Assembly: GCA_965205485.1 (NCBI GenBank)
Contig: OZ242180.1
Location: 3,520,001 to 3,584,000 of the forward strand
Source of the DNA: Candidatus Latescibacterota bacterium
GTDB lineage: Bacteria > Latescibacterota > UBA2968 > GCA-2709665
Length of the DNA stretch: 64,000 nucleotides
Direction: 5' to 3'
Shown: positions 48,701 through 56,572 of the stretch, piece after piece
How the letters are laid out: every line of letters starts with the position of its first letter
How positions within the stretch are numbered: position 1 is the stretch's first letter
Notes under the pieces: generated by a model
What the model was told of the DNA's origin: nothing
Databases searched by the model: none
Seen by the model: only the letters and a program-made list of their open reading frames with translations
Made by a program: the position numbers and the translations under genes

Positions 48701-48987
48701 CGAAGGGGCTGGAATTCCCGGTCGTGTTCATCTGCGGCGTGGAAGAGGGCCTGATTCCGCACCCGAACGGTGACGAGCAGGAAGAGCGGCGGCTGTTTTT
48801 CGTGGGATTGACGCGGGCCATGGATGAAGCCGTCATGCTCTGTACGCGAAGCAGGACGCGTTTCGGCGAACGGTTGCGTCCGGAGCCGTCCAGGTTCCTG
48901 GAGGACATTCCTTCCGAATTCCTGGAACGGGAGCGCCTGTCCCCGGAACGGAGGGTCAGGCAGGCGGACCAGCTCTCCCTGTTCTGA
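45718..48987 (+). CDS. Endonuclease Q-like PHP domain fused to a UvrD/Rep SF1 helicase
   Basis: DVHLHSRFSRATS, GTGDFTHP, PAHIWTP, ETGLSSD, SNSDAHS, GKYHLDGHRKC, CPECG; then GPGTGKT, TFTNKAA, DEFQD, GDPDQAIY, YRS, TLHASKGLEF, EERRLFFVGLTRA. Confidence 0.93.
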   Translation: MRFVADVHLHSRFSRATSRQLNPENLYKWSALKGVNVVGTGDFTHPEWIEELKDRLEPAEEGLFRLKPARQSAVDEDLPERCRGTVRFVLSTEISLIYKKNEKTRKVHHVVLMPGFEAVERLNARLGDIGNLKSDGRPILGLDSRDLVEICLEAADDVLFIPAHIWTPHFAVLGASSGFDTLEECFEDMLPAIFAVETGLSSDPPMNWRLSMLDRYAIVSNSDAHSAPKLAREATCFDTELSYRGIYEALKSRDPEQFLGTLEFYPEEGKYHLDGHRKCGVRWEPGQSLAADCLCPECGKRLTVGVLHRVEQLADREEGGRPAVAPPYENLIPLPEIIGSVIGVGPTSKRVQAVYERMLAELGPELAILRDLSPEEIAGCGEPLVAEGVRRMRVGEVEIAAGYDGVYGRIQVFSEADRARLSRQPALFDLPDLPEAAPQVPSFESPPSREETSGGNGESPAIAESAGEGGLNDAQKAAVDRVSGPVIVVAGPGTGKTRVLTHRLARLIGEAGVPPESILAVTFTNKAAAEMRERVHNLLPRKGTLDGLTLGTFHAVALNLMKDCTSGELPQVIDELEATQLAAEVIADADAGMSARDARLAISLAKTNPDAIVTDALQGIGEAYQDRLRKLGVWDFDDILVEFLAMLSKGDAVSERVRNRFTHVLVDEFQDVNAVQYQLVTALSREGTGLFVIGDPDQAIYGFRGASAAYFDKLREDLPSARTIMLDRSYRSTRQIAGAAVSVIGDGRELNAVRGEGVTARLLSVSGETAEGIAVVREISRMMGGADMLQAGEVGGRQRVGGKGDRSLSDFAVLFRTGRQAEAIEHCFIEEGLPYRVVGQKGFLSAGNVRHAISFFNYAFRPAGSLRLLRAMAVPVFHPGNTALNRLRRAGGDLSAGNFPQQIRDKVSALEDAAGAFRKMEETESVESLVRTWQEVAGMEEDEDLARLARMAVNFDTVRMFLDTLVLGADADYVRDGGVARPRAEAVTLSTLHASKGLEFPVVFICGVEEGLIPHPNGDEQEERRLFFVGLTRAMDEAVMLCTRSRTRFGERLRPEPSRFLEDIPSEFLERERLSPERRVRQADQLSLF

Positions 48988-48993
48988 TCGAGG

Positions 48994-49192
48994 TTAGCCT
49001 TAAATCCGCAAAAACAGCGCCGCGGCGACGCGATAAAACCTTCCTAAACGGGGCGTTATCGACGTATAGTAGGATGTTTTTTCCCTTCACGTCCAGTGGC
49101 CTGGTGTATCCTGGTAATCAGCCGTCTAATCGCCTTTATTTGCAAACACATATTCGAATTAACGTCCCCGAAGACTTACGAATCAAGGTTAG
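48994..49192. mobile_element. MITE-like element (family D), copy 1
   Basis: Imperfect terminal inverted repeats TTAGCCTTAAATCCG / CGAATCAAGGTTAG; last about 105 bp nearly match 56464-56570. Confidence 0.7.
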
Positions 49193-49199
49193 TATCGGT

Positions 49200-50690
49200 T
49201 CAGTGGACGTTGGTCCCGACGTTCAATAACTGCCTGAACCTGGCGTATGCGTCTTCCCATGCGTCGCCATCGGCCGGTTCGTACGTTACAAGCTCCGTGG
49301 AATTGCGAACGACCTCTCGAATACCTGCGAGCGAGTCGATTTCGCCCCGCGCGTACACCTGCATGAGGATATTTCCAAGGGCGGTGGCCTCCGCCGGGCC
49401 GGCGACAACCGGCCTTCCGGTGGCATCGGCTGTGAACCGGTTCAACAGGGCGTTGCGTATGCCTCCGCCAACGACGTGGATGGTGTGCAACCTGCGGTCC
49501 AGGACAGACTCGAGATCCTCCAGTACGCACCGGCACTTGAGGGCGAGGCTCTCCAGGGCGCACCGGATGACGGCGCCTTCGGTGGCAGGTTCGTTCTGTC
49601 CCGTGCGTCTGCAGTACGTACGGATGCGGGACGGCATATCTCCGGGCTCCAGGAAATCCGAATGATCGGGATCGATGAACGAGGTCAGTGCGGGCGCCGC
49701 TTCGGCCAATCTGACGAGTTCGGCGAAGGAATAAGCGTGCCCCTGGTTTTCCCAGATGCGCCTGCATTCCTGGACGATCCAGAGCCCTGTAATGTTCTTG
49801 AGGAAACGGAAGGTGCCGCAAACCCCGCCCTCGTTTGTAAAATTGTGACGAAGGGCGGCCGGCGTCACCGCGGGGGCTTGCAGTTCCGCGCCGAGAAGCG
49901 CCCATGTGCCGGAGCTGATATAGGCCGCGTCCGCGTCGGAAAACGGTACGGCCGCCACGGCCGATCCGGTGTCATGACACGCCGGTGCGATGACGCCGGT
50001 TGACCGGATGCCGGCGTCCGCGGCAATCTCAGGTCGAAGCGGACCCAGAGGCGTTCCCGGCGGGACGATTTCGGGAAGCATGTCTGCGGGGATCCCGAGC
50101 CGGTCCAGCAGGTCGGTCGCCCACGCCCCAGTCCTCGGATTGTAGAACTGGGTTGTGGTGGCGTTGGAAAACTCGCACACCTTGCGCCCCGTCAGCCAGA
50201 AGTTGAACAGGTCCGGCATCATCAGAAATGTACTGGCCATGCGCAGGTGCTGCGGCTTCCTTTCCGCCACGGAAAGCAACTGATAGAGTGTGTTGATCTC
50301 CAGAAACTGCAGGCCGGTCTGCTCGAAAATCGCTTCTCTGGATACCCGGCTGAGTGCCTTTTCCAACATGCCCTGGACGCGCGGGTCACGGTAACAGTGA
50401 GGATTGCCCAGGAGTTCATCGACGTCGTCCAGGAGTGCGAAATCCACCCCCCAGGTATCGATTCCGATTCCCGCCGGTTCCGGACCGGAGATCCGGGCGC
50501 ATTTTCGAAGTCCCGCGAGCATCTCGTCGTAGAGCCTCAGCGCATCCCAGTACAGACCGCCCGCCACAGAAATGGGGCCGTTGGCGAAGCGGTGGATTTC
50601 TTCGAGTTCGACGGCGCTTCCGTCGAAGCGGCCGATAACGGCCCGGCCGCTGGACGCGCCGAGGTCGTAGGCGAGATAGGTCTGCGGCAT
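49200..50690 (-). CDS. rhaB: Rhamnulokinase (FGGY family)
   Basis: DLGASSGR, EIHRFAN, DTWGVDF, HDTGSA, ISSGTW, NEGG, KNITGLW, GPAEATALGN. Confidence 0.92.
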   Translation of the reverse strand: MPQTYLAYDLGASSGRAVIGRFDGSAVELEEIHRFANGPISVAGGLYWDALRLYDEMLAGLRKCARISGPEPAGIGIDTWGVDFALLDDVDELLGNPHCYRDPRVQGMLEKALSRVSREAIFEQTGLQFLEINTLYQLLSVAERKPQHLRMASTFLMMPDLFNFWLTGRKVCEFSNATTTQFYNPRTGAWATDLLDRLGIPADMLPEIVPPGTPLGPLRPEIAADAGIRSTGVIAPACHDTGSAVAAVPFSDADAAYISSGTWALLGAELQAPAVTPAALRHNFTNEGGVCGTFRFLKNITGLWIVQECRRIWENQGHAYSFAELVRLAEAAPALTSFIDPDHSDFLEPGDMPSRIRTYCRRTGQNEPATEGAVIRCALESLALKCRCVLEDLESVLDRRLHTIHVVGGGIRNALLNRFTADATGRPVVAGPAEATALGNILMQVYARGEIDSLAGIREVVRNSTELVTYEPADGDAWEDAYARFRQLLNVGTNVH

Positions 50691-50862
50691 GGCGACTCCT
50701 TCCGGTCCACCGGCTTCGTGTTGTGCGGGGACTCACGGTTTGCGATATTATGCGATGCGGCTCGGGGTGTCAAGTGTTTCGTCGCAGCGGGAACACGCGC
50801 CGCCGGCGAATCAACGACGCGTCGTGCGCGAAGTACATCAGTCCGATTGCGAGAGGTGGTAG

Positions 50863-51987
50863 ATGCCGGAAAAGCCGACGGTTGCGCACTGCGCGAATCC
50901 GTTCCTGACCCTGACCATGATCTGGTGTTACGACCAGATACGCGGTCTGAATCGATATCGGCCGGTTGTGTTGACGCAGGCACGGCAGAATGAGCGCGTC
51001 TTTCCTGTTGACACGCTCTATTCCAGCGAAGACCTGTCCCGGTTGCGCCGGTCCGCCTACCGGGTGGTCCGCAAGATCCGGGGCACGTACGCGGGATACG
51101 GACGAATACTCCGGAAGGAACGCGCCGCGGTCATCCATGCCCATTTTGGCCAGGAGGGCTATTTCTGCCTGGAGGCGCGCCGCAGCGCCGGGGTTCCGAT
51201 GGTCACCACCTTCTATGGGATGGATGCTTCCGCACTGCCACGAAAGCGGCTGTGGAGACGCCGGTTTCAGCGGCTGTTCCGCGAGGGGGAGCTCTTTCTG
51301 GTCGAAGGCCCGCGAATGGGCGAATCGCTGGTCACCATCGGTTGTGCCTATGAGAAGGTGCATGTACACCGGCTGGGCGTCGACCTCGACAAGATTCGCC
51401 AGGCGCGGCCGGACGCCAGACAGGAAGGCGTCGTATTGATGTATGCCAATTTCCGCGAGAAGAAGGGACACGTCTACGGGCTCCGGGCCTGCCGGAAGAT
51501 CATCGGGTCGCATCCCGGCTTGAGGGTGCGCATTATCGGCGATGGAGAACTTCGTTCGGACGTGGAACGCGAGATCTGGCGCCTCGGTCTCGAAGACCGG
51601 GTGGACCTGCTGGGCGTGTTGCCTCACGAGACCTGTCTGAAGGAACTCGGAAGGGCTTCCGTGTTGTTGTATCCGAGCGTGACCGCCGCCGACGGCGATA
51701 CCGAAGGCGGCGCGCCCGTGGCGTTGATCGAGGCCATGGCTTCCGGGCTGGCGATCGTCTCCTCCCTGCACGCGGACATACCCACGGTGGCGCCCGACAG
51801 ACGGTGCGCGCTGTTGTTCCCCGAGCGCAACGTGGACGGACTGGCAGAGGGACTGGATGCTGTGCTTGGGTCCGGCAGGTTAAGGGAGGAATTGGGCAGC
51901 GCGGGCAGGGCCCACGTGGAAGACGCCCACGATATGCGGAAACAGGGCGGGCGGCTGGAAGCGTATTACGATCGAGTGAGATCCTGA
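50863..51987 (+). CDS. GT4 glycosyltransferase (WcaL-like)
   Basis: HAHFG, EKKG, IGDG, PSVTAADGDTEGGAPVALIEAMASG. Confidence 0.92.
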   Translation: MPEKPTVAHCANPFLTLTMIWCYDQIRGLNRYRPVVLTQARQNERVFPVDTLYSSEDLSRLRRSAYRVVRKIRGTYAGYGRILRKERAAVIHAHFGQEGYFCLEARRSAGVPMVTTFYGMDASALPRKRLWRRRFQRLFREGELFLVEGPRMGESLVTIGCAYEKVHVHRLGVDLDKIRQARPDARQEGVVLMYANFREKKGHVYGLRACRKIIGSHPGLRVRIIGDGELRSDVEREIWRLGLEDRVDLLGVLPHETCLKELGRASVLLYPSVTAADGDTEGGAPVALIEAMASGLAIVSSLHADIPTVAPDRRCALLFPERNVDGLAEGLDAVLGSGRLREELGSAGRAHVEDAHDMRKQGGRLEAYYDRVRS

Positions 51988-52032
51988 CGGAGACCCTGGG
52001 GCGGTGAGGCAGGGCACCAGTAACGACCGGCG

Positions 52033-52061
52033 TTGACAATTGGGCGGACGGCGATTATTTT
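52033..52061 (+). promoter_or_regulatory. sigma70-type promoter
   Basis: TTGACA-17bp-TATTTT upstream of phyH. Confidence 0.55.
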
Positions 52062-52108
52062 ACAGCAAGTTACGTCAATTTTGGCCGCTGTACACGCGGG
52101 GATCCACG

Positions 52109-52957
52109 GTGGAAATACCACAAACGCAGGTCGACTCGTACAAAGAACAGGGTTTTCTGGTTGTGGAAGGACTGTTGGACGACGAGGATATTGAGGCCAT
52201 TCGTGCGGATGCCGTAAAGCTCTGCCGCGGAGAGTATAAGAGCGACAATCTGAAGCCGGTTCCGGATGGGATGTCCGACGAGGCCGCACTTTCGCAGTAT
52301 CTTTGCATCCACCAACCGCACCGTATCAGTCCGTTCATGTCGGAGGCCCTCGCGCACCGCGGCGTATCGAGAGTACTTTCACGCCTCGTGGCCCCGGATG
52401 TGAAGTGCATGCAGTCGATGCTGTTCATCAAGCCGCCGCAGTTTCCGGGCCAGGCCTGGCATCAGGACGAGGTGTATATTCCCACGCGGGACCGCAGCCT
52501 CACCGGCGCGTGGTACGCCCTGGACGACGTGACGGTGGAGAACGGCTGTATGTGGGTGCTGCCGGGCTCCCACCGGAATGGCTATCTGTATCCCCAACGC
52601 GCGCATGACAGGCCCGAGGAGTTCGATTTTGCCCAGGAGTCCTACGGATTTGACGACAGTGGCGAGATACCCGTGGTGTGTCGCGCCGGCGCGGTGGTCT
52701 TCTTCAACGGATACCTGTTGCACCGGTCCCGCAAGAACCGGTCGGACCGATTTCGACGGGTGCTGGTGAACCATTACATGAACGCCTACTCGTTGTTGCC
52801 ATGGCATCGACCGCCCGAGGACGGCAAGATGGCGCTTGCCGACTACCGCGGCATCCTGATGGTTGCGGGAGAAGACCCGTACGCATGGAAAGGCACGGTG
52901 GATGGCGGCGACGCGCACGTCCGCACGTTCGATCCCGCTGCCCTGGAGACGGATTAG
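52109..52957 (+). CDS. PhyH-family dioxygenase
   Basis: YKEQGFL, MLFIKPP, WHQD, ENGCMWVLPGSH, LLHRS; GTG start inferred. Confidence 0.92.
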   Translation: MEIPQTQVDSYKEQGFLVVEGLLDDEDIEAIRADAVKLCRGEYKSDNLKPVPDGMSDEAALSQYLCIHQPHRISPFMSEALAHRGVSRVLSRLVAPDVKCMQSMLFIKPPQFPGQAWHQDEVYIPTRDRSLTGAWYALDDVTVENGCMWVLPGSHRNGYLYPQRAHDRPEEFDFAQESYGFDDSGEIPVVCRAGAVVFFNGYLLHRSRKNRSDRFRRVLVNHYMNAYSLLPWHRPPEDGKMALADYRGILMVAGEDPYAWKGTVDGGDAHVRTFDPAALETD

Positions 52958-52960
52958 CGT

Positions 52961-53184
52961 TTAACCTCAATTCAAAATGAGAAAACCGTTGAATTGGGCA
53001 CAAAAAGCCTGAATGCGGGTAGAGGGAAGAGGGAAGACGGTAGAAGAAACCCTTGCACGGATCTTTGTTCCTTCTTGCCTCCGGCAGGAGAAGAAACCAC
53101 ACAAGGCAGGAAATCTCTCCCGTCTACCGTCTACCCGCTTCTGATACGAGTTAACGTCCCCGAAGAACGACGAATCTTGGTTAA
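52961..53184. mobile_element. MITE-like element (family D), copy 2, carrying a nested family C element (53015-53138)
   Basis: Terminal inverted repeats TTAACCTCAATTC / GAATCTTGGTTAA; inner element bounded by GCGGGTAGA / TCTACCCGC. Confidence 0.75.
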
Positions 53185-53193
53185 ACAGCGTAT

Positions 53194-54573
53194 ATGGATA
53201 CTCTAACAGCTCATATGGCGACGGACGAAGCGACCGTTGAACGGCCGGAAGCCTGCCACGTGATGGCCAAGCCGTCGGGCGCGGTTTGCAATATAGACTG
53301 TAAATACTGCTTTTACCTTGAGAAGGAAAAGCTGTACCCGGACGCCGGCAGAAACTGGATGATGGACGATGAGACGCTTGAACTTTACGTCCGGCACTAT
53401 ATCGAAGCGCAGGACGTACCGGAGGTTCATTTCGCCTGGCAGGGCGGAGAACCCACGCTGATGGGCGTGGACTTCTACCGCCGGGCCGTGGCCCTGCAGG
53501 CGCGGTACGCCAACGGAAAGACCGTCACGAACGCGTTTCAGACCAACGGGATTCTTCTCGATGACGAGTGGGGCGAGTTCCTGGCAAAACACCGGTTTCT
53601 CGTGGGGCTGTCCGTGGACGGGCCGCGAGAAATGCACGACCGCTATCGCGTGGACAAAGGGGGAAAACCGACGTTCGACCGGGTGATAGAGGGTCTGGAA
53701 GTCCTTCAGAAACACCGGGTTGAATACAATACACTCACGGTGCTGCAGGCCCACAACGCGGACTACCCGGTGGAAGTCTATCGCTTTCTCAAGTCCATCG
53801 GGAGCCGTTACATGCAGTTTATCCCGATCGTGGAGCGGATTGCGGACGCGCCCGGTGACGATCTGCTGCAGCTTGTCGCGCCGGAGTTCGAAGGGCGGGC
53901 CCGGGTCTCGAAGTGGTCGGTGGGTTCAGCCCAATACGGCCGGTTCCTTTGCGACGTCTTCGACGAGTGGGTCCGGAAGGACGTGGGCCGGTATTTCGTC
54001 CAGATGTTCGATATCGCGCTGGGGAGCTGGATGGGCCAGGATGCCAGCCTCTGCATATTCGCGGAAGAGTGCGGCAGGGCGTTGATCATCGAACACAACG
54101 GGGACTTGTATTCCTGCGACCACTTCGTCTATCCGCAGTACAATCTCGGCAACGTCCGTGAAAAGAGCATCCGCGAGATGGTCGCCAGCCCCCTGCAGGA
54201 GAAATTCGGGTCCGATAAACGGGATACGCTGCCGGCGTATTGCCTGGCCTGTGACTACAGGTTCGCCTGCAACGGGGGTTGCCCCAAGCAGAGGTTCATC
54301 CACGCGCCCGACGGAGAGGCGGGGCTGAATTACCTCTGCAGGGGGTATAAGATGTTCTTCGGCCACGTGGACCCCTACATGAAAATGATGGCGAAGGAGC
54401 TTGCCGCGGGTAGGCCGGCCGCGAACGTCTTGCACTGGGTACGCGCCCGGGATACCGAGCGAGCGGCGGTCCGCGCGCGAAGCACGGGACGGAACGAGCC
54501 GTGTCCGTGCGGCAGCGGCAGGAAATTCAAGCGGTGTTGCGGGACGGCGCGTCAACGTGTTAGCGGCGGATGA
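53194..54573 (+). CDS. Anaerobic sulfatase maturase (radical SAM/SPASM) with C-terminal SEC-C motif
   Basis: MAKP...CNIDCKYC, WQGGEP, QTNG, YSCDH, CLAC...CNGGC, GRNEPCPCGSGRKFKRCC. Confidence 0.95.
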   Translation: MDTLTAHMATDEATVERPEACHVMAKPSGAVCNIDCKYCFYLEKEKLYPDAGRNWMMDDETLELYVRHYIEAQDVPEVHFAWQGGEPTLMGVDFYRRAVALQARYANGKTVTNAFQTNGILLDDEWGEFLAKHRFLVGLSVDGPREMHDRYRVDKGGKPTFDRVIEGLEVLQKHRVEYNTLTVLQAHNADYPVEVYRFLKSIGSRYMQFIPIVERIADAPGDDLLQLVAPEFEGRARVSKWSVGSAQYGRFLCDVFDEWVRKDVGRYFVQMFDIALGSWMGQDASLCIFAEECGRALIIEHNGDLYSCDHFVYPQYNLGNVREKSIREMVASPLQEKFGSDKRDTLPAYCLACDYRFACNGGCPKQRFIHAPDGEAGLNYLCRGYKMFFGHVDPYMKMMAKELAAGRPAANVLHWVRARDTERAAVRARSTGRNEPCPCGSGRKFKRCCGTARQRVSGG

Positions 54574-54614
54574 ATGGTGTTATATTTCAGGGACAGAACA
54601 CTCATAGTTTTGGC

Positions 54615-54643
54615 TTGACTTTTGTCTTGTGCGGTGCGATCAT
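54615..54643 (+). promoter_or_regulatory. Putative mgs operon promoter
   Basis: TTGACT-17bp-GATCAT with extended -10 TG. Confidence 0.5.
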
Positions 54644-54680
54644 CCGTACCCGTTTCACCGAAGCTGGTACGGCTTTTTTT
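54644..54680 (+). terminator. Intrinsic terminator
   Basis: CCGTACC...GGTACGG stem followed by T7. Confidence 0.7.
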
Positions 54681-54701
54681 ATGTATCTCCGGAGAGCGAC
54701 A

Positions 54702-55607
54702 ATGTGTGGAATCGTGGGGTTCTGGAACCGGCAGGAGGATACCGGCGGGCTCGGGCGGACCATTTTGAAGATGCTGGGCGCCCTGGATTGCCGGGGACCG
54801 GATTCGGCTGGCGTGGCGCTTTACGGCGAAGGAGAAGACGGGCACATGGTCCTGCGCGTGAGTCTGGGAGAACATGCGGATTACGAAGCAACGGCGCGGC
54901 GGGTCGTTTCGCGGGCGGAAGCGTTGGGCACAGTCGCCGGGTGGGAACGCACGGAAGAATACCTGCGGCTGGTCATCGCTTATGGTGGCGACGCGGGCAA
55001 ACTGGAACACGCGATCGAAACCGCGGGCGAGGGTGTGGAGGTGGTGAGCATGGGAGGCCGGCTGGAAATCGTAAAGCAGGTGGGGTCGCCCCGCAACCTG
55101 GACAGGAGCTACCGGATTTCCGGATTTGAAGGGACCCACGGCATCGGCCACACCCGTCTGTCCACGGAGTCGCGGATCGACCTGAGCCATTCCCAGCCGT
55201 TCTGGGCCCACGGTCATCCGGATCTGGCCATCGTTCACAACGGGCACATCACGAACTATCACAAGCTGAGGCGCATTTACGAGCAGGAAGGCGCCCGGTT
55301 CTATACAGAGAACGACTCCGAAATCATCGGGATGTATCTCCGCCGGCAGCTTGCGGACGGAAGGGACCTTGAGGCGGCAATGGCCGCTTCTCTGACAGAC
55401 CTTGACGGCTCGTTCAGCTATCTGGTGGCCACGCCCGACGCCGTCGGTTTCGTCCGGGATCCGTATTCCTTCAAGCCGCTGCTCTTTGCGGAAACGGACG
55501 ATTTCGCCGCGGTGGCCACCGAAGAGATCGCGTTCCGGTCCGCTTTCGATGGAGACTACGACGTGGTTGAAGCCCGCGCGAGGGACATGCGGCTATGGCA
55601 CAACTGA
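54702..55607 (+). CDS. mgsA: N-methylglutamate synthase subunit A (class II glutamine amidotransferase)
   Basis: MCGIVG, RGPDSAG, GHTRLSTES, VHNG, ENDSE, DGSF; operon context. Confidence 0.85.
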   Translation: MCGIVGFWNRQEDTGGLGRTILKMLGALDCRGPDSAGVALYGEGEDGHMVLRVSLGEHADYEATARRVVSRAEALGTVAGWERTEEYLRLVIAYGGDAGKLEHAIETAGEGVEVVSMGGRLEIVKQVGSPRNLDRSYRISGFEGTHGIGHTRLSTESRIDLSHSQPFWAHGHPDLAIVHNGHITNYHKLRRIYEQEGARFYTENDSEIIGMYLRRQLADGRDLEAAMAASLTDLDGSFSYLVATPDAVGFVRDPYSFKPLLFAETDDFAAVATEEIAFRSAFDGDYDVVEARARDMRLWHN

Positions 55608-56290
55608 CATGCAACGGAAAGTCGACACGGGAGATCAACCGGGAGATCAGGGCGGTCGTCGCCGCCGGAGAACGTGAGGTCCGCGTCCTGGATCCGGGTG
55701 CGCGCCACAATCTCGGGGTGGCGCTTCTGGATCCCGTTCACCTCACACTGGAAGGCAGCGTGGGATACTATTGCGCCGGGATGATAGACGGGGCGACCGT
55801 CGAGGTAAAGGGCAGCGCGGGCTGGGGTCTGGCGGAGTCGATGATGAGCGGGAAGGTCGTTGTTCACGGTAACGCGGGCAACGGCACGGCGGCGTCCATT
55901 CGCGGGGGCGCCGTGGTTGTGCGGGGGCACGCCTCCGCGCGGTTGGGCGTGGCGATGAAGGGCGGGCTGATCGTCGTGGGCGGTGACTGCGGGTATATGG
56001 CCGGGTTCATGGGACAGATGGGCCGCATTATCGTCTGCGGCGATACCGGCGAAGCCTTTGCCGATTCGATGTACGAGACCGAGTGTTTCGTGGGCGGGGA
56101 GATCGCGGAACTCGGCAACGATGCGGTTGTGGAGACGCCGGACGAGAGCGAGTTCGCTTTTTTGAGGAACGCCATTCAGGAACACCTGGGCGCGCGCCAC
56201 GACGTCAGGTCATTCAAGAAGGTCGTGGCCGGACGCAAGCTCTGGAATTTCGACAAAGACGAACGCGCGGTGTGGCGGGAGGCATTGTAA
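55595..56290 (+). CDS. mgsB: N-methylglutamate synthase subunit B (GXGXG/GltB C-terminal-like)
   Basis: GSVGYYCAGM, GWGLAESMMSG, GYMAGFMGQ, RKLWNF. Confidence 0.88.
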   Translation: MAQLTCNGKSTREINREIRAVVAAGEREVRVLDPGARHNLGVALLDPVHLTLEGSVGYYCAGMIDGATVEVKGSAGWGLAESMMSGKVVVHGNAGNGTAASIRGGAVVVRGHASARLGVAMKGGLIVVGGDCGYMAGFMGQMGRIIVCGDTGEAFADSMYETECFVGGEIAELGNDAVVETPDESEFAFLRNAIQEHLGARHDVRSFKKVVAGRKLWNFDKDERAVWREAL

Positions 56291-56350
56291 TACAGGAACG
56301 CAAGATCCACTGGTTCGGAACCCGTTGCAACTTGACTCCAATCCAACAGG

Positions 56351-56570
56351 TCAACCTCAATTGGAAAAAACAACAGTCAAATTGGCCACAAAAAGCACAA
56401 AAGGCACAGGATTTACCGGTGCAAAACGAGGTATTGAGGTCGTCAGGAAGGACATTTTTTCGTTTCACGTCCAGTGACCTGGTGTATCCTGGTAATCCGC
56501 CGTATAATCGCCTTTATTAACTAACACATATTCGAATTAACCTCCGCTAAAACTTACGAATCATGGTCAA
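56351..56570. mobile_element. MITE-like element (family D), copy 3, inside the mgs operon
   Basis: 5' end matches 52961-53008, 3' half matches 49086-49192; ends 2 nt before the mgsC ATG. Confidence 0.72.
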
Positions 56571-56572
56571 TT

